64,000 nt of DNA from an uncultured Verrucomicrobiae bacterium (GCA_963837955.1 CAWIPH010000002.1:4768001-4832000); one strand, 5' to 3'. Counted from the first letter of the stretch, positions 33,671-45,753 are shown. Numbers and translations are program-made. Notes: generated by a model not told the origin, from the letters alone.

Positions 33671-33870
33671 GGGCGCTCTTAGTCCTCGTACATCCAAAAC
33701 AAGACGTGTCTGCTTCCTTTCCGGTCCTCGGCGGCTAAGCAGCATTCCAAAAATCGCGTTAACGATTTGACCCGGTAACGCTTGGCTATTGCTTGGAGCG
33801 CGGCCCGGTCCTCAGGTTTCAACTTAATGATAACGGGTGTATTGGACCCAAATCTCGGTCGGGATGCACT

Positions 33871-34286
33871 CAAGAGCACGGAGCGCGCTCCGATTCTCAC
33901 CCCCGCCCCTATGAAGCAATGCGGCCGCATGGAGGCTGTGTGGTCGATCTGTGCCGCGGAGTCGATAATTGCGCCCGGATGGATGCCCTGAGCAGGCTGC
34001 TCCGGCGGGAAAAAGAGCTGTAGCACTCTCGCCATGGCTATACGTGCATTCGGCACACGAATGATGACCTTCTTTGAGGACTCGAATGCGTCGCTCACGA
34101 GAATGGCAGTGGCCGCGCTTTGTTCAGCAGCAGCAAAATATGCTTGTTTTTCGGCGAAGGTGAGATCGCCGACCTTTGCGCTTCCGCGGAGGCAAAGCCG
34201 ATTAGTTGGACCGAACCATCTCCGACAACCTCGCCATGGAGTTGGTCCGCAATCTGAGCCGCGGAGAAAGAGATAGAGAATGACAC
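33871..34286 (-). pseudogene. lpxD: LpxD N-terminal part, frameshifted (~34182) and truncated
   Basis: AQIADQLHGEVVGDG...FASA / AKVGDLTFAE...IRVPNARIAMA...GIHPGAIIDSAAQI hexapeptide repeats, then unrelated sequence. Confidence 0.85.
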
Positions 34287-34340
34287 TGGGTAAGTGGCAG
34301 CAAATTCCGTCTACGAACGACGATGCGCAATCGTCTATTC

Positions 34341-35342
34341 CTACGAATTCACATTTCGAACTGCCGCCCTTACTTGAGCGAGGCCGATCATCTGCTGAGA
34401 TTCCACATCCCAAACCTTCAAACGCAGGCAACGAATGATTTCGATGGGATTGAGCGAGGTAGTCTTTGGCGTCTGCAACTCCACTATATTATTGAGGACC
34501 TCAGGCAACCGATAGAATGGGATTCGGGCATTCAAATGGTGAATGTGATGGTAACCAATATTACCAGTAAACCAGCCCATGATTCGACCGGTTTTCATAA
34601 AACTGGAGGATTCCAACGCGGCTTTCTCGTACGTCCATCCATCAGCAGCGCTGAAAGAAACCCCCGGGAAGTTGTGTTGGGCATAGAACAGGTAGGATCC
34701 AATAGCGCCCGCGATGAAGTCAGGGATCAGTAGAGCCAGTAACAACGCTTGCCAGCCGAAGAACACTGCGATCAACACCCCTGTTACTGCGTGCACCACC
34801 AAAGCGATCAGGCAATCGTAGTGTTCACGTAGTTTTTCAAACAATGGAAAAATGCACATCCCGCCGAGAAAAACGGAAACGTAGCCGAACAAGATGGTTA
34901 ACGGGTGGCGCATGAAAAGGTATTGAAGGCGTTCCCTTTTCGATGACTTCAAAAACTGGTCCTTGGTCATTATGGGAAATGACCCGATATGAGAACCTCT
35001 GAGCTTAGAGTTGTGGTTGTGATGATGATTGTGTGAGCTCTTCCAAATGCTAGTGGGGCTTAGGGCGAGGATTCCAAAGATCCCCATCAAGGCTTCCGCT
35101 AAACGAGACTTCGGCAAGATCGCTCTATGCTGTTGATCGTGGTAAATCACGAACATTCTTAGAAACAGAAGCCCGGCAAGAACGCTGCAGATGATCTTCC
35201 CCGCGAGAGGAAAATGCCAAAGAGTTCCAACCAGGGCAGCTATCAGCAGGAAAGCGGTTGAAAAAATGGACCACCAGCTCCTTATCGCGTGATCGACCGC
35301 ATACGGTTTTGTGGCCAGTATAAGTTCTTTGCTTCCTCTCAT
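34341..35342 (-). CDS. Membrane fatty acid desaturase
   Basis: Three His boxes YHDQQH, HNHHH and YHHIHH; YAQHNF; RIPFYRL. Confidence 0.92.
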   Translation of the reverse strand: MRGSKELILATKPYAVDHAIRSWWSIFSTAFLLIAALVGTLWHFPLAGKIICSVLAGLLFLRMFVIYHDQQHRAILPKSRLAEALMGIFGILALSPTSIWKSSHNHHHNHNSKLRGSHIGSFPIMTKDQFLKSSKRERLQYLFMRHPLTILFGYVSVFLGGMCIFPLFEKLREHYDCLIALVVHAVTGVLIAVFFGWQALLLALLIPDFIAGAIGSYLFYAQHNFPGVSFSAADGWTYEKAALESSSFMKTGRIMGWFTGNIGYHHIHHLNARIPFYRLPEVLNNIVELQTPKTTSLNPIEIIRCLRLKVWDVESQQMIGLAQVRAAVRNVNS

Positions 35343-35659
35343 GGGCGCTCGACGGTCCGGCACGCTGTGGGAACACTAGGCATTTGTCAAATTAGTGGGT
35401 CCGCAAAGGGACGTATCTTAAATATTCCGAAGCGCGAATGTGCGCTTGCGGCCGCTGAACGTTTCGAGGCTTTTGCCATCGAAGAAAAACTCAAGGGCAG
35501 CCCTCACATTGGCATGGTGGCCACAAAGTTATCGAGCACGACGGACACTGGGCGGTAAAGCCTGATTATCTGTCCACGTCGAAAGGAAACAAGTGGAGAA
35601 CAATTGCGTCCGACCTTGGGGGGGAGGAGGAGGATTGATCCGCGTCACCAGCATTCCCG

Positions 35660-36085
35660 GGATCGGCGGGGTCTCCAATTTAGCACGACGGTGTTTATGC
35701 CTCTCACGGAAGATCGTTATCGGTTCGAGTATTTCAGCAGAGCGAGGCACCGAGCATCGTGTTCGATATTGGAGTATTGCTTGTCGCTCAACTCGTGAGC
35801 ATGGGCTCCTTCTGGAATTCTAGAAGACTTCCAAAGATCCCATTCTAGCATTCTATGGCATACCTCTTCTGGTATTGTGAACCTGGCTCGCGGGAGATAG
35901 ACTAATGGTGGTTCGTTCAGAACAATGTAACGCGGGATCTCTGGCGACGTAGCCAGCAACTGGGAGCCCAAATCCTGGACGATAAATTATTCCGAGCCCT
36001 AGATCTTTCTGGATGCCTTCAATGTCGATGGCAATGGCGGAGGAAACGGAACGCTGAGCTTTAGAAAAGAAACCAAGGCTAACAT
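35660..36085 (-). pseudogene. ImmA/IrrE (DUF955)-like metallopeptidase remnant with three frameshifts
   Basis: Stitched reading: PLP/IDIEGIQKDLGLGIIYRPGF...ARDP/RYIVLNE...RARFTIPEEVCH...IEHDARCLA/AEILEP. Confidence 0.55.
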
Positions 36086-36929
36086 GAATAGGTTCAATGA
36101 GGGAAAGGCTTGCGATGCTATTATCCGCCACCTAGAAACCCGCGAGGGCAGCTTGCGCCTGGATGTTCGCTCACCTGAACGTGCAGGCCACACAGCTCCA
36201 GTCGAACTCACCTGTATGATCGGAGCCCACCGTTTTGCGTTCGAGCATACCGGCATCGAGCCATTCGAGGGTCAGATCAAGCTTGAGACACAGGCTCATT
36301 TTCATCCTCTGAGAGATATGCTCTCCGGCCCGATTCCCCCAGGCGAACAGTACGAACTACAAGTACCGTTTGGTGCGACCCTTACCCTCCCTAAGGCGCA
36401 GATCAACAGCGTTATCTCGGCTCTCGGCGGCTGGATCCGCAGAGAGGGGCCCAAACTAACGCTCGCCCCTGTTGGCCGATACGGAACACCTGCAGTTCGG
36501 CAACCGGATGCTATTGTCCCGTTCAAGGCTGCATTGTACCGGAATAGCCTGCCCGGCGCTCCTGGTCACCTGCTTGTTACTCATCGCGTCGACGAACTTG
36601 ACGATTCTAGGACTGCGCGGATTGAACGGGCGTGCCGACAGAAATTCCCCAAACTCGCCGTGTGGAAGAACGGCGGAGTGCGCACGATTCTTATTCTAGA
36701 AGAAAATGATATCCAGCTCACGAACGTCGTAGATGTCTGTCGTTCGCTTCTCCAGGTTGAGGGTTCATTCCCGTTTAAACCGAACGAAGTATACCTCATC
36801 ACAACATCGATTACTCCGTGGTTTGTTTGGTGCCTGAGAATCGGCAGCGCGTCCTTTTTTGACCTCGCGCCCGAGGACCGTGGCTGGGAGATTGATCCCA
36901 AAATCCTCGTGCCGCTGACAAATCGCTAA
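36084..36929 (+). CDS. Hypothetical protein
   Basis: 281-aa ATG ORF, no family recognised. Confidence 0.65.
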   Translation: MNRFNEGKACDAIIRHLETREGSLRLDVRSPERAGHTAPVELTCMIGAHRFAFEHTGIEPFEGQIKLETQAHFHPLRDMLSGPIPPGEQYELQVPFGATLTLPKAQINSVISALGGWIRREGPKLTLAPVGRYGTPAVRQPDAIVPFKAALYRNSLPGAPGHLLVTHRVDELDDSRTARIERACRQKFPKLAVWKNGGVRTILILEENDIQLTNVVDVCRSLLQVEGSFPFKPNEVYLITTSITPWFVWCLRIGSASFFDLAPEDRGWEIDPKILVPLTNR

Positions 36930-37249
36930 ATGCCGAGTGCAAGCGCTCTCGATTCACAACGGATCTTAACGCGGCTCGGGACTTTGACCTGCGCTGTTTT
37001 TTTAGGAAAGCTTGGAGCTGCCGCGACGCACTAACCGCTCGACGAACGAATCCATAGTGGAGTCTTGAGGAGAAACCCTGGGGGATATCCGGGCTTCAGA
37101 CATCAGGGCGCGTCAGCAGGCGCCCCGGTGCCAACCGGCTGGAGCGGTAAACAAAAGAGTGGTCGAACCCGGGCCCGAAAGCTTTGGGATCATCCTCCGC
37201 CCGATTCGTTGTATATTCCCGATGCTAAGCCGAGGACACGGAGATCAAC

Positions 37250-37348
37250 ATGGGACTGAATGTGGCGCAGAAACTCATCAACTCGCACCTCCTCTCCGGC
37301 GCGATGACGGCGGGGAAGGAGATCGGGATTCGCATCGATCAGACACTC
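37250..37348 (+). pseudogene. Aconitate hydratase N-terminal fragment
   Basis: MGLNVAQKLINSHLLSGAMTAGKEIGIRIDQTL; breaks off before the expected TQDATG. Confidence 0.7.
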
Positions 37349-37680
37349 GGGTGGCAAATGCGGGCGCCGGAATGAAGTTCGGCTATTTCGATGATCCAGC
37401 CGAAGCGTACGCGGCCTACGTCAAAGGCATTGAAGAATTGTGTGGCCTATCACTGGCCGAGATCTGTCCGCGGCTGATTCGAGGGGCTTGAAAATCCCGG
37501 ATGTTGCGCGCTAAGGGTAAGAGCCGATGCTAAGGCTCGTTGCGCGTTTCGCGGCCCTACGCTTGGCAGATTCAATGCCCATCTTACGCGCTTGTGCTTT
37601 GGTTAGAGGCTTTTTTCGGCGGGCACGTAGTGCTGAGCCAAGTGAGATCTCGATCCCGCAATTCGGGCATTGGTAGGGTT

Positions 37681-38304
37681 TCATTGGCGTGCGTAAACGA
37701 ATGCCTCTTTTGGGGTCATTTTGCGTCGATGAATCAGACGCCAGATTCGCCTCTTATTAAGGCCGAACCGTTCACAAAGTTCGGAAATTGGCGCAGTTTG
37801 GCCATCAACGGTCACTATGCGATTTAACCGTGTGTTGCGGTTTTGCTCCTGGCGCGTGGCCCATCGGCAATTACTCGGCGAGTAAGGCCCGTCGTTGTCC
37901 TTGCGTTCAAGAGTGAGTTCGGGTGAAGGTTTGCGTCCCATGTCGACCAAGAACGCCGCATAGTTGTGCCGCCATCGCTCGCAGACGATGATGCCGCGGT
38001 CGCCGTAGTTCTTCCAAGCTTGCCGTTTTTGGTTGGCGCTACGCTCAATCATCCCTATCCAAGTTCGATATTCCGCTGATTCGCGATCGCCGTGGGTTGT
38101 GAAGCGTTTTCGACTTTGTTCACGCTGAAGGCAGCCACAAGAACGCGTGTTACCTCTGCGAAGTTGGGCAGCAAGTACAACTACCAATTGCCCACATTGG
38201 CAGAGGCAAAGCCAGTGAGTACGTCCGTGAAGATCTATCTGAGCCAGGCGTAGCACGGTTAAGCGCCCGTACTCCTGACCTTCTAGATTGATTTTTTTTG
38301 TCAT
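37681..38304 (-). CDS. Phage-type HNH homing endonuclease-like protein
   Basis: GRLTV...WLCLCQCG...SCGC...THG...YGDRGIIVCERW...LERKDNDGPYSPSNCRWAT. Confidence 0.85.
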   Translation of the reverse strand: MTKKINLEGQEYGRLTVLRLAQIDLHGRTHWLCLCQCGQLVVVLAAQLRRGNTRSCGCLQREQSRKRFTTHGDRESAEYRTWIGMIERSANQKRQAWKNYGDRGIIVCERWRHNYAAFLVDMGRKPSPELTLERKDNDGPYSPSNCRWATRQEQNRNTRLNRIVTVDGQTAPISELCERFGLNKRRIWRLIHRRKMTPKEAFVYARQ

Positions 38305-38611
38305 TGGATACTTTAATCCAACACACGTACGTTGCAAAACAACAGACTCTTGAAAAGGGCCTGGATCGATCCTCACACGCCTCGGTCGGAGGCTAAACCG
38401 CGACAGAAAAACACCTCACGTCATCAGGCTAGATGCCGACTCGTCACCCGTCGTCATATGCAAAGGCGACAGTAACGCGTCGATAAGAGTATGGGAGAAG
38501 CTAATGAAGCCGGGCGAGCTTCATGCTGTTAGTTAAATCGATTCTCTTATGACGACAGATCGGCGCGCCATCCAGATCGAATAACGACCCCAAAAGGAGG
38601 ATACAGAACAT

Positions 38612-38905
38612 ATGGCAGTCAACGTGAAACCTCTCGGCGATCGCGTGCTGATTCAGCCGCTCGAAGAGAAGGAAGGCAAGAAGGGAGGCATCATCATTCC
38701 CGACACGGCGAAAGAGAAGCCTCAGGAAGGCACCGTCGTGGCTGTCGGTACCGGCAAGCTCGACGACAGTGGCAAGAAGATCGAATTCAACGTCAAAGTC
38801 GGCGACAAAGTCCTCATCCCTAAATACGGCGGCACCGAGATTAAGATCGACGGTGAGAGCTACCTAATCATGCGCGAGGACGATATCCTCGGAATAATTG
38901 GATAA
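38612..38905 (+). CDS. groES: Co-chaperonin GroES
   Basis: KPLGDRVL...[24 protein letters not shown] upstream. Confidence 0.98.
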   Translation: MAVNVKPLGDRVLIQPLEEKEGKKGGIIIPDTAKEKPQEGTVVAVGTGKLDDSGKKIEFNVKVGDKVLIPKYGGTEIKIDGESYLIMREDDILGIIG

Positions 38906-38927
38906 CCCCGAACTTTAAAAACCTTAA

Positions 38928-40577
<1,650 letters not shown>

Positions 40578-41514
40578 GCTGCATCATTTCCAAGCTGAAC
40601 TCGAAACCCCGTCCCGATTTTCGGGGCCGGAATTCAAATAGACTGGTGAGACACTCTTTTCTCGAGGCGATAGAAAACTGTTTCCATTCTCTTCACGCCA
40701 CTTTCCTAGGATAATGACCGATTCCAGATCGTTCACAGCGATTTTTAGAACAGAAAGGCAGAACAACTAAGCGCAACCCGAAACGGTTACGAACATAGTT
40801 TCATGACATTCGTATTTGGTGAGGGCTTTAGGGGGTTAACCTCACGAAACGGAAATTCAAGCACGGTAAGACGTGTGTTTACTTCCCTTATTCGCATTCG
40901 CATCGCCCTTGCGCTCACACCTCGTGCGCAGCCTCACTTAACTTGGCCAAATTCGCGCTTGGATTGTACCTGCTGACGCTTACCAGGCCCGGTGAGGACC
41001 GACCGAAGGAGGGCTTTTAGCATCTGTCTAACCTCAATAGAATTGGTTGACTCAATAATGAGCAAAGACAATGAATCCGTCTTCCATCCTCAGAGACAAT
41101 CGAGTCTCAAAGCCTTTTCGGCATCCGTGGAAGCGTCTTTTTCTGACGAGGGGCAGTGAGTGCCCCCCATACCGATCGAGACCTCTCAGGAAGTAGCAAC
41201 AGACTTGAGACCTTCGCCCAAAGGCCAAGCTCCAATTCGTTCAGCAACGGTTCGGGTGTGGTTGGGGACCTATCTAGCGTACGTCGTTTCCTTATAGTAC
41301 CGGATGAACCTCTCATAACTACATCTCGCGCCAACGTGGAGGAGTCGCTGCCTATGCATTGGCAAACATCAACCTACGCTTGATCCTGGATAAACGAGTT
41401 TGGGTGTTGGTCGCACAAACGTTTTTTTGCGCACAGACAGATGCGGCACGAAAATTTCAACTTTCGGAGTCAGCGTTCTCGGGATCAAGTACAAGGCAAC
41501 AGTCAGAGCCGTCA

Positions 41515-42465
41515 ATGCAGCAGGACACTTTTGCAAAACTGGAGCAACGCCTCGGGCGAGTGCATGCAAGGCAGCGGCTCGGAATCGAGAAGGACTACGA
41601 GCAACGCGTATTTGGTCATGGCATCAACTTTTTTCACATTGAGAACTGGTACTCGATCCACTCCGTTATTCGCAATTCGTTGAAGCTGGTAGGGCTGTAT
41701 GGGCGCGGGTGCAAGAATGCAGAGCGTATACAAATACGCCACAACCCCATCCAGCAGGCGGACCTCCCGCTCCTTTTCAATGGATTCACCATCCTTCACA
41801 TCAGCGACATGCATGTGGACATAAGTCAAGGTGCGATGCGCGGCTTGGTAGAGCTTCTCGATGGAATGTCCTACGACCTTTGTGTCCTGACTGGTGATTA
41901 CCGCGGCAAGACATTTGGCCCATTCGATGCAGCTCTCGAAGGAATGGCACAAGTGCGAGCGCATCTCAAAGGGCCAGTCTACGGCGTATTGGGTAATCAT
42001 GACACGATCCGAATGGTTCCAGGACTAGAGGAGATGGGGATCCGGATGCTGCTTAACGAATGCGAAACGATCGCGCGCGACAACCAACGCATCCATCTGG
42101 CCGGCATCGATGACGCACACTATTACCGGGTCGACAATATTGAAAAGGCTGCCTCCTCGATCCCGCATGATGAGTTCTCGGTCCTACTGTCGCACACCCC
42201 GGAGATCTATCGCCAGGCTGCCCATGCCGATTTCAATCTGCTGCTCTGCGGACACACGCACGGCGGGCAGATCTGTCTGCCCGGGTCCGTCCCGATCACC
42301 CTCGATTCGGTCCTGCCGCGGCACATGGGTTCGGGGCCCTGGAAGTATCATAATATGGTCGGCTATACGTCGGTCGGTGCCGGCTCGTGTGTAGTTGCCG
42401 TACGACTCAACTGCCCTCCAGAAATCACGCTGCATCGACTGCAAACTGCGGATCGCCCGCACTAA
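41515..42465 (+). CDS. Calcineurin-like metallophosphoesterase
   Basis: HISDMH, LTGDY, VLGNHD, LSHTP, GHTHGGQ. Confidence 0.92.
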   Translation: MQQDTFAKLEQRLGRVHARQRLGIEKDYEQRVFGHGINFFHIENWYSIHSVIRNSLKLVGLYGRGCKNAERIQIRHNPIQQADLPLLFNGFTILHISDMHVDISQGAMRGLVELLDGMSYDLCVLTGDYRGKTFGPFDAALEGMAQVRAHLKGPVYGVLGNHDTIRMVPGLEEMGIRMLLNECETIARDNQRIHLAGIDDAHYYRVDNIEKAASSIPHDEFSVLLSHTPEIYRQAAHADFNLLLCGHTHGGQICLPGSVPITLDSVLPRHMGSGPWKYHNMVGYTSVGAGSCVVAVRLNCPPEITLHRLQTADRPH

Positions 42466-42953
42466 TACGGGCGGTCCCGCAGACGAAACTTGTAGAGGAC
42501 CCGGGAAATCAGTATCTCACTAATAAAGAAGCTGATCACGATAACCGCGATATCCGATATCGTTAACGAAAGCGCGCTGCGGCAAGCGAGAAGTGGAAAC
42601 AAGGATTCAGGAACCTGATCTAGCCCAATCGCTCTGCTGCTTGCAGGCAGCCTCATACGGCGCTTCAGGAAGCTGGAGAAGAGATCGCCTGACATGGCTA
42701 CGCTTCCGACCAGTGCCCCTGTTTTGCCTCGCAGGCCGACCAAGTAGGCACCAACAACGGTCACCAGCACCGAGAAGATAATCCCTCGGATGGTTTTCGA
42801 TGCGCCAAACAAAGGTTGCCCGTCGAAACATCTGGCGCCGTTATCGAGAGGGCGTGAGAGTCGATTGCCGAACATCTTTTTGGCGAGCACGGGTGTGCCG
42901 TTGGCCAGTGTCAGTAGAAATAGCAGTCGCGTGATCGCCCAGAGTCGCACCAT
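42462..42953 (-). CDS. CDP-archaeol synthase-like (CarS/DUF46) membrane protein
   Basis: LANGTPV...PLD.G...DG.PLFGASKTIRG...GDLFSSFLKRR...GLDQ. Confidence 0.85.
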   Translation of the reverse strand: MVRLWAITRLLFLLTLANGTPVLAKKMFGNRLSRPLDNGARCFDGQPLFGASKTIRGIIFSVLVTVVGAYLVGLRGKTGALVGSVAMSGDLFSSFLKRRMRLPASSRAIGLDQVPESLFPLLACRSALSLTISDIAVIVISFFISEILISRVLYKFRLRDRPY

Positions 42954-43396
42954 CCCTTTATTTTAGCTTACTATCGACGAGCGGTACCCCCTAATTGAAC
43001 AAGCTCCTCCACAAGACGCGTGTGAGATTTTGCGGGCTAGACCGGAAACCTTTGCTAAGTGAAGAACGGATTCCGGTGGACCGGGAAGTTGGTCGAAGGC
43101 TTTACGCCGATTAGTAGTTTGAGTGGCGAGGCCGGACCAGAATAGCAAACCGATTTGTCGGTCGGCGTTGCAATGGCTTCTGATGGCAAAGCGGACCGAA
43201 ACGGAGAGCCATCAGGAAACGGAGTTAACTAATCGCGGCTGAATTTCAGACCGTAGGGAGTAAGAGACGCAGTTCATGCGGCGCTCAGAATGGAAGCACC
43301 GCGAATCGGCAGAACCTCTTTTCTGCAACGCATCCGGTTCGACCTCGGCGGAAATCCTACGATGGTTCTGAGCAAGTCGCTGTTTCCATCCGCACC

Positions 43397-43588
43397 CTAT
43401 AGATAGCCAACGCGTCTCAAAAAACCCGCTAACCTCGCCAGCATACACCGTTGAGGTCGATCTCTGCCGCCCATCCAGGCGGTCAATGTCATTCGGTTGA
43501 CACCCAGTTTTGTTGCTGTCTGACGATCACTCTCGCGTGACTCTTCCGTGTACCGACCCAACGCTTTCAAAACTTCTTCGGTGGTCAT
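43397..43588 (-). CDS. Small XRE/Cro-like HTH protein
   Basis: SDRQTATKLGVNRMTLTAWMGGRDRP. Confidence 0.7.
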   Translation of the reverse strand: MTTEEVLKALGRYTEESRESDRQTATKLGVNRMTLTAWMGGRDRPQRCMLARLAGFLRRVGYL

Positions 43589-44089
43589 ACGCGCGGAAGG
43601 CAACGCCACTCGTGACGAAGCGCCAGAGTGGTCAGGTTTACGATGATCGAAGCCTGTCGGTTCCATAGTTGAACGCGACGGCTATAGCGGACGGCTTTGA
43701 AAGCTACTGGGGTAGTGATACCATTAGAGACTAAACTTCTCATTATCGGTGACTCGGTGATGGGTTGTTTATTAAGCGCCGGGGGACGGTGATGCGCCTC
43801 CCGACGCGCTTTCATATATTGGTCACTGCGCTCGGTGTTCGGGTAACAAGCCCAAGCCGCAATGCGGCCGCACTGATTCGGGCTGGTAGCTTCGCTGGTC
43901 CTTTCTTACCAGCTACGCGTCTTGCGTTACCCTGAGCGACATGCAAAGACAGATGCATTGATGGTCGAGGCTCCGCTCTTCCAAGCGCTATCAAACTTGA
44001 GAATATTTTAGACTGTCAAGCCTAAATATTGGAAGCAGTAGGAAGATGCTGGTGTTCAATGCGTTATCGAAATGCAGCGGGCGTGAGAT

Positions 44090-44330
44090 CAGCGACACGA
44101 ATGGGCGGCACACTCTTCGCCTGACGTACGAAGTTGAGAATCTCGGTCTCACACCCAGCCACGAGCACCACATCGACGTCTTTGCTCTTAATTTCCAACA
44201 ACAGCGAACTAAAGTCGGCCGCGTTCAAGCTGTAGCGCTGGTCCATCGCAAGTGTGAACCCGCTCTTTGTCACAAGTGGGCGGGTCCCAATGGCCACGGC
44301 CACATCATTGTTCCAGTACACAAGATCGCT
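44090..44330 (-). pseudogene. Internal fragment of a branched-chain-amino-acid-type substrate-binding protein
   Basis: YSLNAADFSSLLLEIKSKDVDVVLVAG...FVRQAK. Confidence 0.5.
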
Positions 44331-44460
44331 CCCGGGAAATAACGATTGCAGGAGCGTGACGGGATGGTTAAAAGGGCGGAGCATCGGCACCACCTTTTAG
44401 AACGCGGGCGAGGGAAAGTACCGTTTTAGCGTTATCATCGCTCGCGCTAGGAAGATAACC

Positions 44461-44482
44461 GGTTCGAGCCCCGTTAACTCCG
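44461..44482 (+). repeat. Distal att site (copy of the tRNA-Asp 3' end)
   Basis: GGTTCGAGCCCCGTTAACTCCG, identical to 20046-20067. Confidence 0.92.
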
Positions 44483-44572
44483 TTCCAGCTTTCCCGCGAG
44501 ATCCTGGCGGCTGTTTCACAATTGTTACAAAAACTTCTTGGCTCGGACGCTTTACTTTGACGTATTATCTTC

Positions 44573-44779
44573 ATGAGCGAGTTCAGCACGCGCCATCGGA
44601 GATTTTATGCTCTGTACTTCAAGGATGATTCTGAGAAGGCAGAAGTTGCTGTAGGGGATTCTATATCAGGAGTTCTCGCCGACGTTCAGGCACGGACGGG
44701 TCGACCTTTCCTTGACTTCCAATTTCGGGAAATCAGTAAGTCGGAATTCGAATCCCTCCATCCGCCTGGAAGGGTTTAG
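44573..44779 (+). CDS. Small hypothetical protein
   Basis: 68-aa ATG ORF just beyond the att site. Confidence 0.5.
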   Translation: MSEFSTRHRRFYALYFKDDSEKAEVAVGDSISGVLADVQARTGRPFLDFQFREISKSEFESLHPPGRV

Positions 44780-45077
44780 GTTGACCGAACCATGCCGCGA
44801 GTGTCGCGGCCAAAAAAGGGCACAAACAACAGATTTAAGGCCGACGCCACAGTTTCAATGGCGTTCCCGCCGGGCATGTCCGACATATGTGTTGCGGCGT
44901 CGTAAACACTTGCCGAAGGGGCAGCACCTCCGGCGAAAGCGATTCCGGAGCCTATAGCTCTCATCTCGGAGACTGCGGCGAGCTCAATCGAGGGGGACCG
45001 GTCCGGTTGGACGTCTTTCAACTTTACTGGCTTGCGCCGGGCGTTCGCCTGTCGTTCGCTTTACTCACCGGTTCCCG

Positions 45078-45725
45078 ATGCACAATGACCCGATAAAGAA
45101 TACTCAGGTTAGCTATGACCGTTTGGCTGACGAGTATGTCCGGCGGATCTACGACGAGTTGCAACACAAGCCGCTCGATCGCCAAATTCTCGACCAATTC
45201 GCCGCCAGGGTGCAATCTGCCGGCCTGGTGTGTGACCTCGGTTGCGGTCCGGGGCATGTAGCCCGTTACCTTCACGAACGCGGAGTGTGGGTCTGCGGTA
45301 TTGATCTATCGTCCGAGCTCGTCGAGCGCGCTCGCCGCTTGAATCTTGGAATTGAGTTTCAGCAGGGCGATATGTATGCACTCGACGTCGCCGACGCGAC
45401 TTGGTCCGGCATTGCGGCCTTCTATTCTATCATTCACATCCCTCGTATCGATCATCTGCAGGTCTTGTCCGAAATGAGGCGTGTTCTTCGGGAGGACGGT
45501 CTTCTTTTATTGGCGTTTCATCTAGGGAACGAAGTCCGGCATTTCGACGAACTCTGGGGTCAGGTTGTGTCAATCGATTTTCATTTTTTTAGCGCCAGAG
45601 AGGTGGCCGACTCTCTTCGGGCCGCACAATTTGTCGTCGAAGAAATTATCGAAAGAGATCCCTATCGTGAGGTCGAAGCTCAGACGCGTCGTGGTTACAT
45701 CCTGGCTAGGAAGTCAATGAACTGA
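45078..45725 (+). CDS. Class I SAM-dependent methyltransferase
   Basis: SYDRLADEY, CDLGCGPG, GIDLS, AFYSIIH. Confidence 0.92.
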   Translation: MHNDPIKNTQVSYDRLADEYVRRIYDELQHKPLDRQILDQFAARVQSAGLVCDLGCGPGHVARYLHERGVWVCGIDLSSELVERARRLNLGIEFQQGDMYALDVADATWSGIAAFYSIIHIPRIDHLQVLSEMRRVLREDGLLLLAFHLGNEVRHFDELWGQVVSIDFHFFSAREVADSLRAAQFVVEEIIERDPYREVEAQTRRGYILARKSMN

Positions 45726-45753
45726 TCAATTCCAAATTTTAGATTCTGGAGCT

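Noticed and set aside
37055..37200. GC-rich stems with GGTGCCAA resembling a SAM riboswitch or 6S RNA
   Set aside because: Core SAM-I elements (AUC.AGAG, GCAACC) are absent and no long rod fold is evident
40600..40635. Intrinsic terminator after groEL
   Set aside because: Imperfect stem with no U tract
41359..41514. N-terminal extension of the metallophosphoesterase ORF
   Set aside because: Non-ATG start and unconvincing sequence; ATG 41515 is more plausible
43140..43216. GCAAACC-containing hairpins resembling a c-di-GMP-I riboswitch
   Set aside because: Lacks the GNRA loop and receptor arrangement, and has no downstream plus-strand gene
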